A DNA stretch of 64,000 nt, from contig NC_134025.1 of assembly GCF_964204645.1 (NCBI RefSeq), positions 23,354,299 through 23,418,298 on the forward strand, written 5' to 3'. The DNA comes from Tubulanus polymorphus (lineage: Eukaryota; Animalia; Nemertea). The position numbers and the translations under genes are program-made. The notes below the pieces were generated by a model. It was not told the origin of the DNA. It made no database searches and saw only the letters and a list, made by a program, of their open reading frames with translations. Positions 61,047 through 64,000 of this stretch are shown piece by piece (the stretch's first letter is position 1; every line of letters starts with the position of its first letter).

Positions 61047-61803
61047 ATGATGGCTTACAGGACAAGTAAAAATGAGCGCAGTGGAATAGCCATGAACAAT
61101 AGCCAATCGGCGCCAAATACATCACATTTTTCTGTCGCGCAAAATACTTCAGTACACAACGTGAATTTCCAGCCGCACAATAACAGCAAGAGAGATGAGG
61201 AGAAGAGAAAGAAGTTTTTAACTGCGAAATATGACGAACACCAACTCAATTTGATAAAGTGTCGATTAGAAGTCGAATCGTGGATTTGGGACGAGTTGAG
61301 AATACTATACGATTCAGAGGTTTGTTGCAAATCGCTTTGATCAAGTAGAAATATACTTTTAATCTTTTACTCGATGAAGCTGATTGGTGTATTTTCTAAT
61401 CAAGGATGACAGCTACGATTGTGAAATAGATTTAGAAGATCTTTTAAACTGCGAAGAAGAAGAAGAACGAAGGGTTTTTTTACTGGTATGTAACCCCTGT
61501 TTAACGGAGGTTGAAATTCTACCTACCGAACTTTGTAGTGTCTTCAACTATATGGTGCAATATATTTATTTCAGGAAAAACTAAGACATGCTAAAGTTTC
61601 ACAAGATTTAGTAGATGTAAGTGCAACTTATTGTGTTATGAATATTCAGGCAGCCTTTTTTGTTCTTCTGCATCAAATTTTATTCGTCTTTTTACAATTT
61701 GTTGGTCTTAATGGTTGAATTTGCTCGGAATTGGAATGTTCAATATTTGTTTGTTTTTCAGAAATTCATCAATGAACTCTTAGCAAAAGCGAGAAAGTTG
61801 TAG
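61047..61803 (+). CDS. PPP1R14: Protein phosphatase 1 regulatory inhibitor subunit 14 family (CPI-17/PHI-1-like)
   Basis: Exons 61047-61319 (KKFLTAKYD...RLEVESWIWDELRILYD), 61405-61485 (EIDLEDLL..EEEEER), 61575-61616, 61762-61803 (KFINELLAKARKL*). This matches the CPI-17 pattern TVKYD...RLDVEKWI...EINIDELL...FIQELL. Confidence 0.9.
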
Positions 61804-64000
61804 TGCATCATCATCATGTTCTTAGGGATTTCGACGATATTTCTTTATATATTTGGGCTTCCAGGAAAATGCACCCTGGATCCTAGTTTCTTAGTCAGTG
61901 TTTCCGGTAAAATAATGAGTGCGTTTTGCCTAGGGAAAAACAACTCTCAAAGCTGATAGATTTAGTATGAATCTGTGTATGATAATGTGTACACAGATCT
62001 TAGCTTTTTTTCCGATTGCTGTGTGTAGCATACAGGGAATACTCTAAAAAAGAATGATTCTCAGTTACTCAAAATCTGTAAGATATCAATTTCGATTTGT
62101 GACGTTGGTGTTTATCAAAGAAATGAAAAGTTTTGAAATTTCTTTAAAAAATCTTCCACGAGAGAATGAGAAGGGTCTTGCTACTCTATAAATGTTGTTT
62201 GGTGTTAATGTAGGTTTTGTAGATGATGAAGGTAATGAAGAATGAAATTTCTATTAAGATTCTTCATACAAAAGCTAATAAGTTTTCATAACCAGTAGGC
62301 CTACTTTTATTTGCGATAATTTTCGAAACTTTAATTACGTCAATTGAATAGGTTTCGGAACAGGTTATCTAACCAGTGATATTTGATAAATCTCGTGATG
62401 CCCTGATCTCTCCGTGCCCGCTATGAATCTCTGCTGCTTTTTACTCACACAACTTTTTTACCGTGTGTGAGATGTTTAAACATATTCCCTCCATAGTTTA
62501 CCACCTGAATAGTTTATTGTTTATTATTGAGATAAACGTTGATAATTCATGGTCTCAGGATAACGTTTTTCATTTTCTATCAAATCTAGTTTGCTTCGTG
62601 TGTCGTAATGAATTTTTCATCATCATCACTATCACAGACAGATGGAGGCCTGGCCTATTGATTCTGGCTCATTTGTTGATTTATAGCGCTTTTGGTGAAA
62701 GGGTTTCCATTGAAGCTCTCTCAGAATAGTATTAACTTCATTTTGTTAAGTTGAATTTCGTGAAAAAGCTGATCAGTCATATTTGAATTAAACATCCGTG
62801 GCACAATTGATTTGATTACATTTACTAAGTTAAGGCCCTGTTTACGATTTTCCTTGCTTTGTTAGGGAAAGAGTAATTCAGTGTTACTATATGCAGTCGG
62901 AAAAATGCATGTGGCCTAAGTAAACCTATCGACAACCTCTGTAAAGGTACCAGGATATAACCCACCAATATCATATGGCCAGGTGCACCATTCCACAGAT
63001 TTTCCTAAGAGTAGTTAATTTAGCAGGTCTGATAGCTATATTCGGATCTAAATCCTATTTAGCAGATATTTTTACCATTGTTAGCATGATACAAAACAAG
63101 ATTATAAGTATCATCTTATCAACCCTCATTTCCAGTGAGCTAAACATTTAAAATGATCATAAGTAGCTTTGTGTAACTGGAACCAGCTAAAATCCAATTA
63201 GAAATTTATTTTCATTCTAGTTAGACACAATTTATTTTGAAACCGATATACAATATACAGTAGGAAAAGATATATTTGTATATCATCATCAATATATACT
63301 GGTCTTGTAAATTCTATTGTAACTAACATACCTAGTCTCTTTAATACATTGACTCCTAGCTGATATTGCTATATATATATGTGTATATCGACCTTAAGAG
63401 TATCAAATGCGACTCTTGTAAATTACTTGTACCAGAAACGTCTTTTGAAATAGACGTGTCAGGATTGAGCCTCTTGAGATGTATAACCTCAAAATGTGGC
63501 ATTATTGAGATATAAAAATTATGGATCTGATCAAATCTCCTTCTATTCATTCATTAGCATAATGTTGCTGATCTCTCTAGTGATGGTTTTGTTTCTTTAT
63601 TGTTATATTTTGAAAACTGCTATTTTTCTATTTCTTTGTAGTGTTTTCTTGTATGTATTTATTTTGTTTGTTTGAAGCTGACATACATGTTATGTGTACT
63701 GCTACAGGTTATGTGAGATGATACTGAAGCGGTGTGGCTTGGTCAGTATTCTTATTAATTATGTACACCGTATTCATAATTTAATTACCGATTCAATGCT
63801 GTACATATATGAAGCCTAGGCCTGAATATAACAAACAGTAGCATATATGATCGAATATATTCATTCTCAGGAATATCTCGGCTAAGAGTCTGCACTAAAG
63901 ATCTTAGTCTGTAAGCAAACTGTCACTGCTTTCAGTGATAGCTTGGAAATGATATCCCCCGCTTATGTGTAACAGACATCGTTTTGTAGTTCGCAAACAA

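Overview
AT-rich, intron-rich animal genomic DNA, most likely a marine invertebrate (lophotrochozoan-like). It is not prokaryotic and has no CRISPR or rRNA. Seven spliced genes can be reconstructed exon by exon: CSDE1/UNR (+, 5314-11603), CRACR2A/Rab46-type EF-hand + coiled-coil + Rab GTPase (-, 26800-17016), RPF2 (+, 38025-41560), a SEA-EGF-TM membrane protein (-, ~46709-42999), an S1 serine protease with Asn189 (-, 50659-47882), an LRP11-like MANSC-LDLa-TM receptor (-, 59202-54040) and a PPP1R14/CPI-17-family PP1 inhibitor (+, 61047-61803). Introns and intergenic DNA carry many MITEs (piggyBac-, Tigger/pogo- and Harbinger-like), a mariner relic, a Helentron-like element and LINE/SINE remnants. 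The unexplained structure is: (i) an ~8 kb block (30.0-37.9 kb) with no intact gene, between the divergent CRACR2A and RPF2 starts, containing a decayed transposase-like frame and a tandem array of CTAG-delimited three-way-junction units with structure-preserving substitutions (32165-32477); (ii) an ~0.8 kb foldback palindrome built from GTAAC subrepeats, probably in the 5'UTR intron of the PPP1R14 gene; (iii) a GC-AG intron and microexons in the CRACR2A linker; (iv) a possible intronic H/ACA RNA in CSDE1. Exon coordinates were read by eye and may be off by a few bases. Family assignments rest on recalled motifs, not database searches.
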